DNA of 64,000 bases. It comes from Prorocentrum cordatum. Taxonomy: Eukaryota. A program made the position numbers and the translations under genes. Positions 50,110 through 63,525 of the stretch are shown here, piece after piece. The DNA lies in contig CAUYUJ010000203.1 in the NCBI GenBank assembly GCA_963575745.1, positions 372,001-436,000 of the forward strand. The letters run 5' to 3'. The notes under the pieces are model-generated. The model was not told where the DNA came from. It did no database searches and saw nothing but the letters and a program-made list of their open reading frames with translations. The stretch's first letter is position 1. Each line of letters starts with the position of its first letter.

Positions 50110-50710
50110 GCAAGAGGCCCCAAGATGGCCCAAAGAGCCCCGAGGAGGCCCCCAAGAGGCCCCCCCAGAGGCCTCCGAGCGGTCCCAAGAGGCCCCCAAG
50201 AGGCCCCCAAGGCCCCCAAGAGGCCTCAAGAGGGCCCAAGAGGCCCCCAAGAGGCTCCCCAGAGGCCCCCACGAGGCCCCCAAGAGGCCCCAAGAGGCTC
50301 CAAGAGGCCCCCAAGAGGCCCCACGAGGAGCCCGAACGACTCACACCAGGACAAGGGGCCCGAACGACTCACACCACGAAGAGCCCGAACGACTCACACC
50401 ATAAGGAGGGGCCCGAACGGCTCACACCAGGACGAGGCGCCCGAACGACTCGCACCACGAGGAGCCCGAACGACTCACACCACGACGCGGGCCTCGAACG
50501 ACTCACTCCACGAGGAGCCCGAACGAGTCACACCAGGAGGAGGGGCCCGAACGACTCACACCAGGATGAGGGGCCCGAACAACTCACACCACGAGAAGCC
50601 CGAACGACTCACACCAGGACGAAGAGCCCGAACGACTCACACCACGAAGAGCCCGAACGACTCACACCAGGAAGAAGGGCCCGAACGACCCACACCAGGA
50701 AGAGAAACCC
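50110..50710. repeat. 11-bp ccccaagagg array followed by an alternating 25/28-bp gcccgaacgactcacacc array, inserted in the LINE
   Basis: About 14 copies of gcccgaacgactcacacc with alternating short spacers at 50330-50700. Confidence 0.92.
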
Positions 50711-51329
50711 CAAACGTCTCAAATCACGAGGAGCGCTTTCTCCCCCTCCTCCTATGCCTCGTCCTTCCCCCGCTCCCCCCACAAGGATGATGTGCAAGGA
50801 GGCGGGAGGAAGGAGGAACAGGGGAGATATGCGGGGCCAAGCGGACACACGCCTGAAAAACACGACTGTCGGCATGCTTCGCAAGAGTTGCTGCTGTGAG
50901 ATGGGCTGGCGGGGATACGCGAAGCGTAAAGAATTTTCTCCAGGAGAATCCCCGTCGCGGGGGAAGATGCGATTGAGACGTTCGCTGATAATGCAGGCCG
51001 AATTGCCGGCTGGCGCAGCGGCGTGCATTGGCAGCTTCTCTCCGCGAGCTCAGTGATTGGATGGCGGCGGCCCCAGCCTTGGCGAAGCTCCAAATAGGCA
51101 CCGAGGGCGACCCGCTGGCGCCGCTGGAGGCCGAACTGGATGGCACCGCGCTCGCGCACTCCAGTGAGGGATGTGATTGACGCAGGGCGGCCACGCAGCG
51201 CAAGTTGCGGTGTCCCATCCGCGACGATGCCCATGGGGTTCGCGGGTAATTTCGGCGGGCCAAAGAGCGCGCTCAGCTTGACATTCTTCCATCTATCACA
51301 AGTGAGATGGTACGAGCGGCTGCCCATCG

Positions 51330-52340
51330 CACGCGGCCGCGTCCTGGAATGGGGGCTGATCAGACGTCGCCTCGTGGTTTCAAGAGGCGACGCTGTCGCC
51401 TATTGCACGACGACGCTGTCGCCTGGACATGGACGCAGTGGCTCCGTTGTATACGGCGCGCGAGGGGAAGGTGGCGTGGCCCCATCAGGCGCTGGCGATC
51501 CTAGGCAGGCTGCTCCCGAGGAAAGGGGGCGGCGACCGCGTCATTGGCGTGCTGGCGGTGTTCGCCAGGATCTGGTCGCTCATCCGCGAACCCACCGTGG
51601 GCGACTGGAGCGAGGCGACAGCGGCCCGCCTGGGGCGCGGCGGCGCATGGCAACGCGGCCTTGAGAGAAGCGTTCGTAGGGGCGCGCCAGGAGAAGGCCG
51701 GGTAGGTGCTGAGCACTCAATCGGGCCATGGGCCATTGGACATCGAGGCCTTCTATGACAACATCCGTTGACAAGTGCTCTTGTCGAATGGATTGAAGTT
51801 GGGCTTTCCAGCCGCAGCGACGCGCGTGGAGACGCTCCAGTGCATGTCTGTGCGCACGTTGGGCCAGCGAGGCGCGTGGGCGTGACCTACCATTCCAACT
51901 CGATCGAGCGTGCAGGGCCTTCGTTCTGGCACGCGCTTCGCACGATTTGTCGCGCGCGTCGCCCTGCAGCGCATTTGCGCGGCCTGCCCGAAGGCGGGCC
52001 GCAGAATATGGGTCAATGAAGTGTCGGAACGGGCGGTTGGATCCAACGCGAATCGGCGCGGGCCGGGAACTGCGGTGGGGCCGACAGCCCAGGGCAGGTG
52101 TCTCACCGCGCTCATCGGCTTGAAGACGCCTGCGGATCCCGCGCTGCGCTTGCTTGAGGACTTCGCGAGGCTGTGGTTCCGCATGTGTCAGCAGCAGCCG
52201 TTGCTGAGAGCGGGGGTGCATGCGGCGCGGGATACGGTGGTCGCTCACCTGTGGAAGGCTGAGCCGAAACATCGCTCGCGCCACATTCGCGGACCGCTGT
52301 CGGCGAAGGCGGCGCTCCTGCTGGACAACGGCTGAGACCC
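51330..52340 (+). pseudogene. LINE reverse transcriptase remnant
   Basis: GMGADQ, LLPRKGGGDRVIGVLAVFARIW (KxxxxRPI-type), LDIEAFYDNI (DxxKAFD-type), VQGLRSG (QG), IWVNEV (decayed Y/WxDD); sequence appears to be deleted after the catalytic motif. Confidence 0.85.
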
Positions 52341-52689
52341 GCAGTCCGCCATCTGCTGGGCCAAGCCGCCCGCGGAGACGGGCGAGGTCATCGAGTGGCA
52401 GTTTCCTGACGCAGCGTGGACGGGCCTCGTGGACGTCGACGCGCCGACAGGGCTAGTGAGCGATTTGAAGAATTCTATTTCGGCGAGGTGATGGAGGAAG
52501 GCCAGCGATCGCTACTGCGGCATGGGGGCTGAGCACGGCGTCGGCATGGCATCGTGGCGCAAGCCCTGCCAGCAGTTCTCCAACATACCGCAGGGCAGCC
52601 GTATGGCGGAGGTGCTCAGCATGGTCGTCATGGGCGGCTGCTGGCCGAGAGATCGGCGAGTTGACGCAGCGGGGGCCAACGCGTTGGGC

Positions 52690-53960
52690 TTGTCGCGCCT
52701 CTGCCCGAGGTGTGGGCAGGAGGCCGAGACCATGTCCCATCGGGGCTGGAGCTGCCCGAAGAACGTGGAAACGCCAGCGCACGAAAACTCGCAGGATTTG
52801 CTCCCGCAGGCCTACAGCAGGCACGACACTGAGCAGTGCTACTGGTTGCGGGGGCTGCTGCCGGCCATGTGGACCGAAGTGACACCACCGCAAGAGCGTG
52901 AGGAGTGGCACGTGTCGGGCGCAGCTGCAGACAGTCTCGGGAGTCTCCCGTTCGGGCACGGCACTGAGCAGAGGTCACTGCGGCTTTTGGCTGATGCCAG
53001 TGGCGGCGCCGACTCGGCCGACAGCAGGTTTACACGCGTGGGCCGGCGGTCATCAGCGTGAGCACCTACGATCCCCTGGCCCTGACGGTGTCGGGGTCCT
53101 CCCAGGGGCACGGCAGAGTGCCCCCACGGGGAGCTGTTCGCGCTGCTCGTCGCCGTCAGGATGTGCAGCGGGCGCGTGTACTTCGTCAGGGACAAAAGTG
53201 GAGTTGCAGACGGCTGGTGCTCGCGGGGGCACGCCTCTCCCAGCGGGGAGGGTGCCGATCTGTGGCACAAGATCGAAATGGCTCTGGCTGGACGCAGTCA
53301 GGCTGAGTTTGCTGTGCTGTTTGTGAATTCGCATTTGCCACCGAAGCAGATGATTCAAGGAGTCGCGCCGTTGCAACTGATGTTTGGCAGCGCGGCAGCT
53401 GACGAAGTGGCAGCAGGTGCGGCGCGTCGAATCAGGCTTGCAGAGACCGAGAAATCTCGTGCACACAGGCTCGTGAAAAAAGTGTATCCGATAAGGTTGA
53501 GGCTGATCAGAACTACACTTGGTGTTCTGGAGACCGAGAGCGAACTTATGCAGAAAGAAAGACAGCTGAGAAAAAGAGAGGAGGTGTGTGAGCCACCGCC
53601 TCCCCCTGCCTCATCAGTGTGCAGGAAGTTTGCGACCAGTCACGTTCTCGATGATTATGGCAAGCGTTGCAAGATTTGTTGTAGCTCTTCCTCCCAGGCT
53701 GCCAAAGCCCAGTGGATGTCCACTCAGTGTTTTAGACGCGCTCAAGTCGATGGAAATTAGACTATCTGCGTTGCCGTCGAGCGTGAGATTACATGTAGGG
53801 GGGGGGGGCTGGGTACACAGTAGCCGCATCATGTTTCTGCACCAATTCATGGGACTCTGGTTTTGCTCACAGTGCGGGCATCTTGTCAGTTGTGTCCTCA
53901 GGAGCCTGGGTCAGGCATGTCTCGAGCGAATGAATGCGAATCGAGCTGAATATTAAATCG
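52690..53960 (+). pseudogene. CCHC finger, RNase H and C-terminal Cys/His motifs of LINE ORF2
   Basis: CPRCGQEAETMSHRGWSC; LLADASGG; GELFALLVAV; FVRDKSGV; ADLW; VNSH; GSAAADEVA (GNxxAD-type); WFCSQCG. Confidence 0.82.
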
Positions 53961-54069
53961 GATCGAGTCCGATCGATGGCCGGAGGCTGTTAGCAAGGCC
54001 GATACGCTCGCTCGTAAGCGCTCGTAGTTCCTTTCGACTCGCATCGCGACTGTTCTTACTCACTCAATC

Positions 54070-54070
54070 G

Positions 54071-54125
<55 letters not shown>

Positions 54126-54374
54126 GATCATGATCATCATCATCATCATCATCGTCGTCCATCGTCGTCCATCATCATCATCATCGTCATCGTCGTCGTC
54201 GTCATCATCATCATCATCGGCATCATCGTCATCATCATGGTCGTCATCAGCATCATCAGTATCGTCATCAGCATCGTCATCACCATCGTCATCGTCATCA
54301 TCGTCATCATTGGCACCACCACCACCACCACCATCATCATCATCATCGTCATCGTCGTCGTCATCATCATCATT

Positions 54375-54431
<57 letters not shown>

Positions 54432-54509
54432 GGCATCATCGTCATCATCATGGTCGTCATCAGCATCATCAGTATCGTCATCAGCATCGTCATCATCGTC
54501 ATCATTGGC

Positions 54510-54543
<34 letters not shown>

Positions 54544-54595
54544 AACGTATCATCCTCATCAGAAGCAATATCGTCACGATACGATCATCCTGATG
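54070..54595. repeat. (CAT)n microsatellite at the LINE 3' end; purest next to the element
   Basis: Perfect (tca)n at 54071-54125, then degenerate, with an internal duplication. Confidence 0.96.
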
Positions 54596-55414
54596 ACATC
54601 TGCCTGCTGCTACTCTTCATGCTCATCCTCCTCCCCGTCTGTGGGTGCTGGTGCTGGTGCTTCCACTGCTGTTGCTGGTGCTCCTGCTGCTGCTCTTTCT
54701 CCTCTATCTTATCCTCGGCCCTCCTCATATCTTCTCCAATTCCAATCTTCTCCTCGTCACCCTCCTCCTCCCCCTACTTCCACCCCCTCTCCCTGTCCTT
54801 CTCTTTCGCCTTCCTGTCTCCCTTCTCCCCTCACATCTCCGTCTCTTGCTGCTTCACTCCCCCCAAAACAGACCCACTCCCCAGTGCTCGCTTGCCAATC
54901 CTGACTCGCCCGCATCCGCCCCCTCCACGCCCCACGCGAGCGGCGCTGCCGGAACGGCTCGACGGACGTGTAATAGTAGGGTCTCTTCTCCGTGCAGCTG
55001 CTGTCGGAAGGGGGGGGGGGAAGCGGCCGGGGCCGCAGCCCGCGCCGACCCTCGAACGGGACGAGGGGGGCAATGACGACCACGAGGCGCCGATGGAGAG
55101 AGACGTGTTTTGTGTGGTGGGGCAGCCCAGTTTCGAGGCAGCCCCCTCTGGCCCCGCCGCTGTCCTTTCTCGGCGGTCCGAGATCTGACAGCAGCAAGGC
55201 AACCCAGGGTGGGCAGCACAGGCAGACAGATGCTGCCGTCTCGAGGCACTGGCGAATGCACGGCCACGGGGCTTGAAACAGGCACTTGTTGTGCTGCGGG
55301 TGCGTCGCAGCCTCTGAAGCAAAAGAGGAGGCCTCGATCGCGAAGCAGCGTGTCTGTAAGGGTCCATGCTTGTGAGGTCCGGGGCGAAATTCGGTGGATC
55401 CAGAGTCGGTGGCG

Positions 55415-55565
55415 CGTGGTCTCCCGGGTGGTCTCCAACATGGTCTCCTGTCTGGTCCCCCACGGTCACCCGTACGGTTTCCTGCACGGTCTTCCATGGT
55501 CACCCGTGTGGTCTCATGGTCTCCAGATGGTCCCCAAGATGGTCTCCCGTATGGTCTCCCGGATG
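55415..55565. repeat. 12-bp tggtctccc-type minisatellite
   Basis: tggtc(t/a/c)cc repeated at ~12-bp spacing. Confidence 0.75.
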
Positions 55566-57544
55566 CTCTCGACGCTGTCGTCCTTGAATTCGAATCGTCG
55601 TCGGTTGCGGCATTCGTCGTCGTCGTCGTCATTTGCCGTTGTCGTGGTCATCTATCGTCGCAATCGCCGTCGTTGTCGTCGTCAATCGTCTTTGTTGGCC
55701 ATCGTCGTCGTCGTCGGCAGTCGGCCTGGTCGTCGTCGCATTCGTCGCGGGCGCCAGCGTCGTCGACGTTTACTGGCGCCAAACAAGGAGGGCGAAAGTC
55801 CGGACGGCCTGTAGTTTCCGTACTTTTCCCCGTACTCACAGAAGGAGCTGGTCCACCAATTTCTACACCCCCCTTGTCAATGGGGAATTTCTTTTGGTGA
55901 CAAGAGAAGCAAAGTAAGTTGCACAGAAGGCTTATCGTGTGCTCACCCTTGCTTCGACTAACTCCCCAGAACTTCGAGTTCCATTGAAGTGTATCACCGA
56001 GGTGGGAGCCTGGCCACGTGGTTCTTCTTGCCTGAAGCAGTGCTGGTGGTCGCCGAGGAGTGGGCTCCTCCTCGTATTCGAAACTCCTCGCCTCACGTCA
56101 CGTACAGCGGCCGTGGGGAGACGAGACGACCCTTGAGTTCGACCTCTCCCGGTGGTGGGAGACTCTGCCGGCAGTGGCATTACTTCGTGTTCATCATGCA
56201 GGCCTTGTGCACCCATGGACTTTGGCCGGTCAAATCTGTACAACCATGGGAAGGGAGGGTTAAATAGGTGGTCCTTATCGTGATTCCTCGTGGCCCTAGC
56301 GGCCGTGTGGCGGGGCTTCTCTGGATCGGCGCCTTCAGTCAAGTTGGACACGTTCGAATGAGATTGCGGCCGGCAGGCCGGACCCCACCAGGTCATTTCA
56401 TTTCCTACCACCAGCACGGCCCCTGCGGGGGCGGGCGCGGGGCGTCGGGGCCTCTGGGCCTACGGCCCGCTATCGTTACCTTGCGGCCGCCGAGTTGTGC
56501 TTCGGCCTCATCTGGTACAGCGTATTGCTTCTCATTGTCTTGAAGCACATGTTGTCTTCAACGCGGGGGACCCGGACCTCGTGGCCGTGATGGGTCGCAA
56601 GCAACTTCTGCCCCCCCCCTACCCTCGGGGTTTCGGGGGGGGCGGGGTCGGTTCGCAAGGATGGCCCTGGTAGTTTTTCCCCGAGGGGAAGGGAAGACCC
56701 CCCCAGTTTTGGAAGACCCCCTCGGCTTGCTGTTCAGCCAAGTGTCCGTGAAACGCGCTCCCTCGGGAGGAAACATCAGAATATGGCAGATTTGCCTGCT
56801 CCAACTATTCTGAGGTATCCGAATTGGCCGTGCCCTGTTCACTCAGCCAGCTATGATGGATTTTCTCGCCCAGTGTGCCGTCCCACCCACGGGGGGCCAC
56901 CACGACGCAACCGCAGAGCGCAACCTCGGAACAACCACGCGAAAACTGCAGGACAACGGAGGGGCAGCCGCGGAACAACCCCTACACGACGAGTCTCCTG
57001 GGCGCGCGACCAGTGCGAAAAGCAACGAGCGACTGTGGGACAAACGCAGGACAGGCACAGGACAACCATGGGACAACGATTCGGGTAAAAGTGGGGGGCA
57101 AGTGCGCCGTATTTGAGAAAATCTCGCGCAGCTCTGCCTCGCCCTCACATTATACCCTGCGATCAAAGCGCCCCTAGAAATGAGGGCGCACAGAAATAGA
57201 TGGTACGTTTCATTACCGACCACAGCATGTATAAGACGAGTATAGCACGGGAGGGGGGGGGCGGCCGACCTCCGTGCCCCCGAACAAAACGGCAGCGGCG
57301 GGGAGAAACAGTTCCAATTCAAGGAAGGAAGAGGAAGCAAGGTATGGCAAGGTCCCGTCCGAATCTGGTGTTCGAACGACCGTTGTGCTTCGCCGGTTCA
57401 GGTGGAAACCACACCAAACCAGCGAAGCAAAATCATGCTAACCTGAAGAGACCTTCAACCAACCATACGTCTCCGGAAACCGCTACAGTGCAACGTGCGA
57501 TAGAAACAAACCTTATACTGGCCATGTTCTTTATGTAAAGTTGC

Positions 57545-58480
57545 ACGGCCGAGACCTTCAACTGACTGGGCCCCAGCATGGACTTGCACTGAAGAGAAGA
57601 TGCTGCGCCGAGGGCCCTCTACTGACTGGGCCCTGCATCAACAGTTGCGAGGCGGCAGGAAATTCTGCTGCAGCAAACAATGACTGAGTTGTGCGCTCAG
57701 CTGCCAGAGTATTTACCGCCCCGCCAACACAGTTGGTAGTGAGACCCCACTCAATTGTGGCTTCGTTACCCTTGTTATCTCATTGGCGGCGGCGCATCCG
57801 TGTACATCGTGCACGATATGCGGGCCACTGCATCTTTCTCTTTACGTGATGGACTGATTGTGTCGCATTCGCGAAATGCGCGTCGCAAACTGCATCCGCG
57901 AACGTACTCCAGGACATGCGACGCCGAGTGGGTTACCCAGTAGCCTCGCCGTTTACCCTGCTAAAGTCGCTGTGGCGGGAGCTTGGCACCGTCTTCTTGT
58001 GCCGCTCTTCGCTCAACCTCACTGCGGGGCGTGTGTAGGCGAGCTTCCCATCCATGATGTCGAGGATGAGCTCACGGCCGAGACTTCCCTTCGTCATGGG
58101 GTCGGCCCTCATGTCGCGAGTATCGCACCACACGATACTGGATACCTGTTTGGTGCGCAGCTAGTCCGCTAGCCACAAGCGGTCGCATGCCATGGCTAGG
58201 GCGGAGACGACGGACGCCGTCCACGGCCAGCCCGGCCAGTACAGCGTAGCCTCCATTCTCCCTTAGCCTCCTGATCCGCGAGCCATCTTGTGCAGCGTCA
58301 GAAGGTACGCCCGTACGCCGTCTGCTGCTCCACATGCTGTGAGTAGCTCATAGCCGAATGAGGATCGAGACGGAAGTTTGTGCGAGCGGCGGCTCACAGC
58401 GTCACGCAAGTGGCAGCTCCATTTACCAGAACTGCGGCAATTGCCCAGGCGCGTGCATACGGCGTTCGGGACCCCATTCC
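57545..58480 (-). mobile_element. Second copia fragment (RNase H plus 3' non-coding region), same family as 6.0-7.3 kb
   Basis: RLGNCRSSGKWSCHLRDAVSRRSHKLPSRSSFGYELLTACGAADG and WCDTRDMRADPMTKGSLGRELILDIMDGKL align to copy 1; weak DNA similarity extends to ctactgac(c/t)(a/g)gg motifs (~6037 / ~57618). Confidence 0.85.
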
Positions 58481-61400
58481 GACAACACACACACACACCC
58501 ATAGCCCCCCTGGAACACCACCCCAAGAAACCTGGAGGTCGCATAGGTTATTAAAGGTGCTAGTTGTCAGCTCATGCCAAGTGGGGGAGAGGTGCATCGT
58601 ATTTGGGAAAACCCGCTGCACCCAACATACAGGAAAACCCAAACATGCTGCTCAGGTGAAGAGCAAGCGCGCGAGATTTGATTTGTCAGGTTGCAGCTGC
58701 TGACACCCTGAACCCCCACCAATATCCGAAGAAACCACCAACGAAGATAGACAACCATGATGCCGTTCAATATGGTATGGCCAACTCACTACCGCGCGGA
58801 GACGGACTCGGGGCCAAGCGATCATGATATCCAGTCCAATCATGTTGGTTCTGGTGCCGGGGCTGCAGGGCGAGAGGGGAAGGCGGGAGGAGAAAGAGGA
58901 GGGGAGGGAGGAGGGTTGATACGGAGAAGGGGAGGGGAGAAGGCATTGGTGGGGAGGACGGACGGGGGGAACGTCAGACACCTAAGCAGGCGGTGCGAGA
59001 ATAAAAACGGCAAGGGTTACGAATGCATCTCCGGCCGCTCAAGATGAAGGACGAGGGAAGGCAGCCCGCTGGCCTGGGCCAGAACACCGGGGTCGCAGTG
59101 GGCCGCTCGGGCACCTCCTTGGAATCGGGCCTCCCGAAGGTTGCCTGCGTCAAATGAAGACGTGGGGCATTCAGAGAGAGAGCGAGGGATAAGAAAAATA
59201 ATAACAACAACTAAGACATGAACACACACGCATTGATGAAAGCAAGGGAGAGAGAGAGAGGGAAACAATCAAACACAAGAGAGCGAGATAACGAGAGGAT
59301 CATGCACCAAGAACAATGGCAACTACCATACGCCAAGAACAGACATCAAGAAAAACCGTCAACGACATACACACAGAGCATACCACAGTGTCAGTCGTCA
59401 AGGGCACGCGTTAAGAACATACAACAGGATATACCGACACCCCTTGGCAGGGATCGCTGAGCAAAGCATCTGTGCCTGCTCAATCCTCCCTTCCCTCTTC
59501 CCCCTCCTGCCTCCTCCTCCTCCTCCTCCTCCTCCTGGCAGAAGTGCGTAGACACCAGAGTAGGTATTTTGACGCTGCACCCCCCTACGCGGATGTCCTT
59601 GTCCTCCTTCTCCTCCTCCTCCTCCTCCTCCTCCTCCTCCTCCTCATCCTCCACCCCCGCCTTCCCACCACCTTCGCCCCCCACGCGACGACGACGGACG
59701 ACGGACGACGATGACCGACGGCGACGACAACGACGGAAGGGAACGACGACGACGCCAGGCGACGGCGACAACCGTGGCGCGCCTCCAGCGAAGAGCCCAC
59801 GCGTGGCCCGGGCGGCTCGCCGGGCGCGGACGCCTCCGGCGGCAGCCGCATGGTCGCCATGGCCATGCCCTGCTGCGCGCTACGTCTCCTTCATCTCCCG
59901 GGGGCGTCCAAAGAGGGGAGCATACCAGAGAGGGGGTCGCGAACCATGGCCCGAGGCACGTCCGCGGCCCAAGGAGGGCCAAAGGACAGGTCGAGATGAG
60001 AGGAGGAGGCCATGAAATCCAAAGAACGGCCAGAGCCACATGATAACTACCACCCCCTGGACATCACTCTCCTCTTGGCCGACCCCGACTCCCAAGACGA
60101 AACCAAGACCGGAACGAATCGGGGATCTCTGAGATCCGCCCGTTCTAGAAGACGTGTCGGGCGCGCTGCGGCAGTTCCAGGGCGCTTCGGAAAGCGTGCC
60201 GGAACGCTCTGGGGCGATGTATCCTGGTCCCAGCCCCGCCTGGACTCTCCTTCCCCAGGCCTCCTGAGCGAAGGGTTTACCGGCATCTGCTGACCCTCGA
60301 CTCCCGATGGATCGTCCTTTTTTCTTTCGGCCGGGTATCTCTAGATATGAGATCTCTGAACTGACTCCGACATTTCATAGGCTACCGACTGGCCTACATA
60401 ATCGGAACCACATCGAGTTGCATCGATGCATCGTGCTCTGACCCCACAAATCGATTGGAGAACATTCGTCAGGTTCGTCGGTGCTCCTCCTCCTTCCGTC
60501 ACCCCTAGCATTCTCCCCCTTCCTCTCCCTTCCTTCCTCATCATCCTTCCTCCTCCTTCGTCCTCCTCCTCCTCCTCTCATCCTCCATCCTCCAAATTAC
60601 TGGTGTAACGTAGTCGAGATTCCCTCTCTCTCTCTCTCTTCCCCTTTCCTCTTCCCCTCCCAACCCCCCTCCCCCTTTCCTTTTTTTTTCCCCTATCTCT
60701 CTCTCAACCCCACAGCCAGTGGCCACTTTCCAAAATCTTGTGAGCTCCATTGGCGCTTACGTAAAAAATATGAGAATCCGAGTGCTTCGTATCTTAGGAA
60801 GGCTCTTCCTATCAAAGGCAAAGGCTTGAAGATGTCGGACGCGAACGAAGACAGGGTTCCCACGCCCCTGAATTCTTCGAACATTTAGCTCCATTGGCAC
60901 CCCGGACAAGGGGATAAGTGAAGCAGGAGTGAATGATAAGAAATCGAGGCCTGGAGGTGGGTCAACCACTTCGACGACCGCAGGCAGCGTTCGTGACGCG
61001 GGTACGAAAGGACAGCGTGTGACTGTCAACGGACAATTGCCTGCTTTGGGTCGAAATGAGCTCCCCCTCCTCCTCCCCCTCCCGACTGCTCCTCCCTCCT
61101 CCTCCCACCCCCCATCCCCCCATTTCCTCCCCTCCTTCTCTTCCTGCTCATGCTCCTGCCCACCAGCGGCGTTGCCGCGTGCCTGGTGTCCAGTCGCGGT
61201 GCCCCGGCGTGTCATCCCGATTTGCCCTGACGTGGTATGCCAACGTGGTTTCCCGACGCGGCAGCCTGACTGCCCTCCGACTGAAGCATTCCGACTGTGG
61301 ATGATTCCCCCGTGGTGCCCAGTGGCGTGCATACTGCCTGAACACGGTGTCCCAGTTTTGCCCCTCTTGATGGTCAATGTCGTTCATTTGGCCCATGTGT

Positions 61401-61624
61401 CTCTGAGTTTGTCGCGGTGGTGTCCCGAGTCCCAATGATCTCCTAACGGGCTTGCGATAGTGCCCCGATGGATTGTGTGGTTTCCTTCTGATTTGGATGA
61501 TTGTTTCAATGGGGATGGTATCGGCATCAATGACCAGCCATTGGATCATCTTTCGATCTGGACCCTCTCCGATCCATCATGGTCGATTCGTCCTTGGACC
61601 ATGGATGACCATTCAGCATCGGCA

Positions 61625-62480
61625 ATTCGGAGGTTGGGGAGTGAGATCGCAGTCAAACGGATAGCCCCCCACCAGGAACTCGGTTTCGGTTTCGTGTCGT
61701 GCGTGCGGGAGAGGCGAAGCTGCGTGGGCGGGCGAGAGAAATGCTCCCGCCCTGGCTGGGGAGGGACCGGGCTCAATGTCTCTCCTTCCCCTGGTTGGCC
61801 AGCGGTGGCCCCGGGGTGTACCGCTAATGTCCGTCCCGCGGTTTGCCGTGGTGTCTCGTGGCGCGGTGTCCCGCGGTGTCCGTCGGTGGCCCGTGGAGGT
61901 CGAGAGTGAGATCGATAGTGAGATCGATCAGGTGAGATCGAAAATGAGAACGGCAGTGAGACAGATAGTGAGATCCATAGTGAGATCGAATTCGAGGTGC
62001 GAGATCGACGGTGAGGTCGATGGATGGTGAGATCAATAGATACAGTGAGATCGATCGTGGAATAAGTAGTAGCTTTTCCGTGGTGTCGCGTGGTGTCTCG
62101 TGCTACCCTGTGGCCTTGTGTATGCTGTTCCGTGGTGTCTCGCGGTGCCTCGTGTCGATAGATCGATAGCGGGACTGTAGATAGATAAGTCGATAGTGAG
62201 GTCAATCGGTAGATGTCTCATGGTGCTCGTGGTCGGTAGTAAGATCAAGAGTGAGATCGCTACGTAGATAGTGAGATCGATTGTGCGGTGGATAATGAAA
62301 CCCATGGGTAGTGTGACTGGTAGATGGGTAGAGGGTCGCGATGGTGTCGTCTATTTGCCTCAGCAGTGTCTTGAGGTGCTCCGTCCGATGGTATCCCGAT
62401 GGTGTCCCGATGCTGACCCGATACTGCTGCACAGGTGGTGCCCCAGTGGCCTCACCAGCGTCGGTATTACGCATCGTCGC
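61625..62480 (-). repeat. Inverted, more diverged copy of the 12-bp/10-bp patchwork element
   Basis: agtgagatcgat and gtggtgtc(t/c)c arrays; terminal block is the reverse complement of ~23370-23470 and ~24345-24470. Confidence 0.85.
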
Positions 62481-63195
62481 CGACTCGTGAGCACATCACC
62501 CTCATCGTCACCATCACAATCGTCTCAGTTGTCAGCAGTCCCCCCCCCTACCCACGACCTCCTGATTACCCGAAGGGTGGTCGTATGGGTACGAAAAGTA
62601 GATCCCGAAAAGTATACCGAACTGAAGCGAATGTGCTAGCTAATCCCCTATGGCGTTTCGAGATGAACTTCAACGCATTTCTGCGCACGTTTCGGATGTG
62701 CCGCTCAATTGGTGCACTTCTTCGCTGGCTGAGAGGAACTCAACAAATTTAGTCTGCTCTCACGCTGCGTAGTCATAATTCCACACAGGGTCGCGCTTTG
62801 CCAAAACATAGGACGCTGCGAAATTGGGCCTCAATCCGTTGCAAGCCATGGGCTGTGCCCGAAAGGGCACCCAAAGAAAGACGTCATCCGTGGCGCGGCT
62901 GGGCCGCCCGATCGATGATGCATTTTCTAGAAGGAGCAAGAAATAACATGCATCTCAACTTTCGGAGTCCGTCGGGAGGGCCAACACCGATCCGAGACAT
63001 CCGCGCAGAGCTCCGGAAGTGTATGCTTGTGCCGTTTCTTGTTCGTTGATCTTCGCAGCGCGATGCTCCGACCCTGACGGCGGCAACGGCGGCGTCAGTC
63101 AATCAATCAATTCGCGGAGCCCAACGGCGGCGGCCCACCTCACAGGGCGATCACCTCACATGCACGGCTGGCCAGGTCGACCGAGCGGCGGCAGC

Positions 63196-63276
63196 CTAGC
63201 CGCCCCTGAGGAAGCCCCCAAAGATCTCGCTGAACGAGGGCCCCTCCTGGACGCTGAAGAGCGCCACGGGGCCGAC
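63196..63276 (-). CDS. Putative last exon of a host gene (VGPVALFSVQEGPSFSEIFGGFLRGG*)
   Basis: AG|G acceptor at 63277/63276, GC3-rich codons, TAG stop at 63198-63196, in frame with the upstream exon. Confidence 0.68.
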   Translation of the reverse strand, partial: VGPVALFSVQEGPSFSEIFGGFLRGG

Positions 63277-63279
63277 CTT

Positions 63280-63522
63280 AGAGGCATCCTGGATGGGGTC
63301 CGAGTAGATGGGGTCGGGGGATCGCGCCGCATCGCCGATGCATCGCCGATGTATCGCCGATGCATCGGCGATGCATCGGCGATGCATCGGCGACGTCGCG
63401 ATGCATCGGCGACGCCAGCGTGGAGAGCATCGGACTCCAGATCGAGCCGCATCGCCGATGCATCGGCGATGCGGCGCGATCCTCCGACCCCATCTACTCC
63501 GACCCCATCTGGGAGGCCTAGA
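63280..63522. mobile_element. MITE family A copy (243 bp, TSD GACCTT) forming intron 63277-63525 (-)
   Basis: GACCTT at 63274-63279 and 63523-63528; minus strand reads AAG|GTC-element-AAG|GTC. Confidence 0.88.
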
Positions 63523-63525
63523 GAC

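Larger units (their letters stand above)
44392..54070 (+). mobile_element. Decayed non-LTR retrotransposon (LINE; ORF1, APE, RT, CCHC, RNase H)
   Basis: Collinear domains on the plus strand, flanked on both sides by (CAT)n, with two large internal insertions. Confidence 0.87.
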
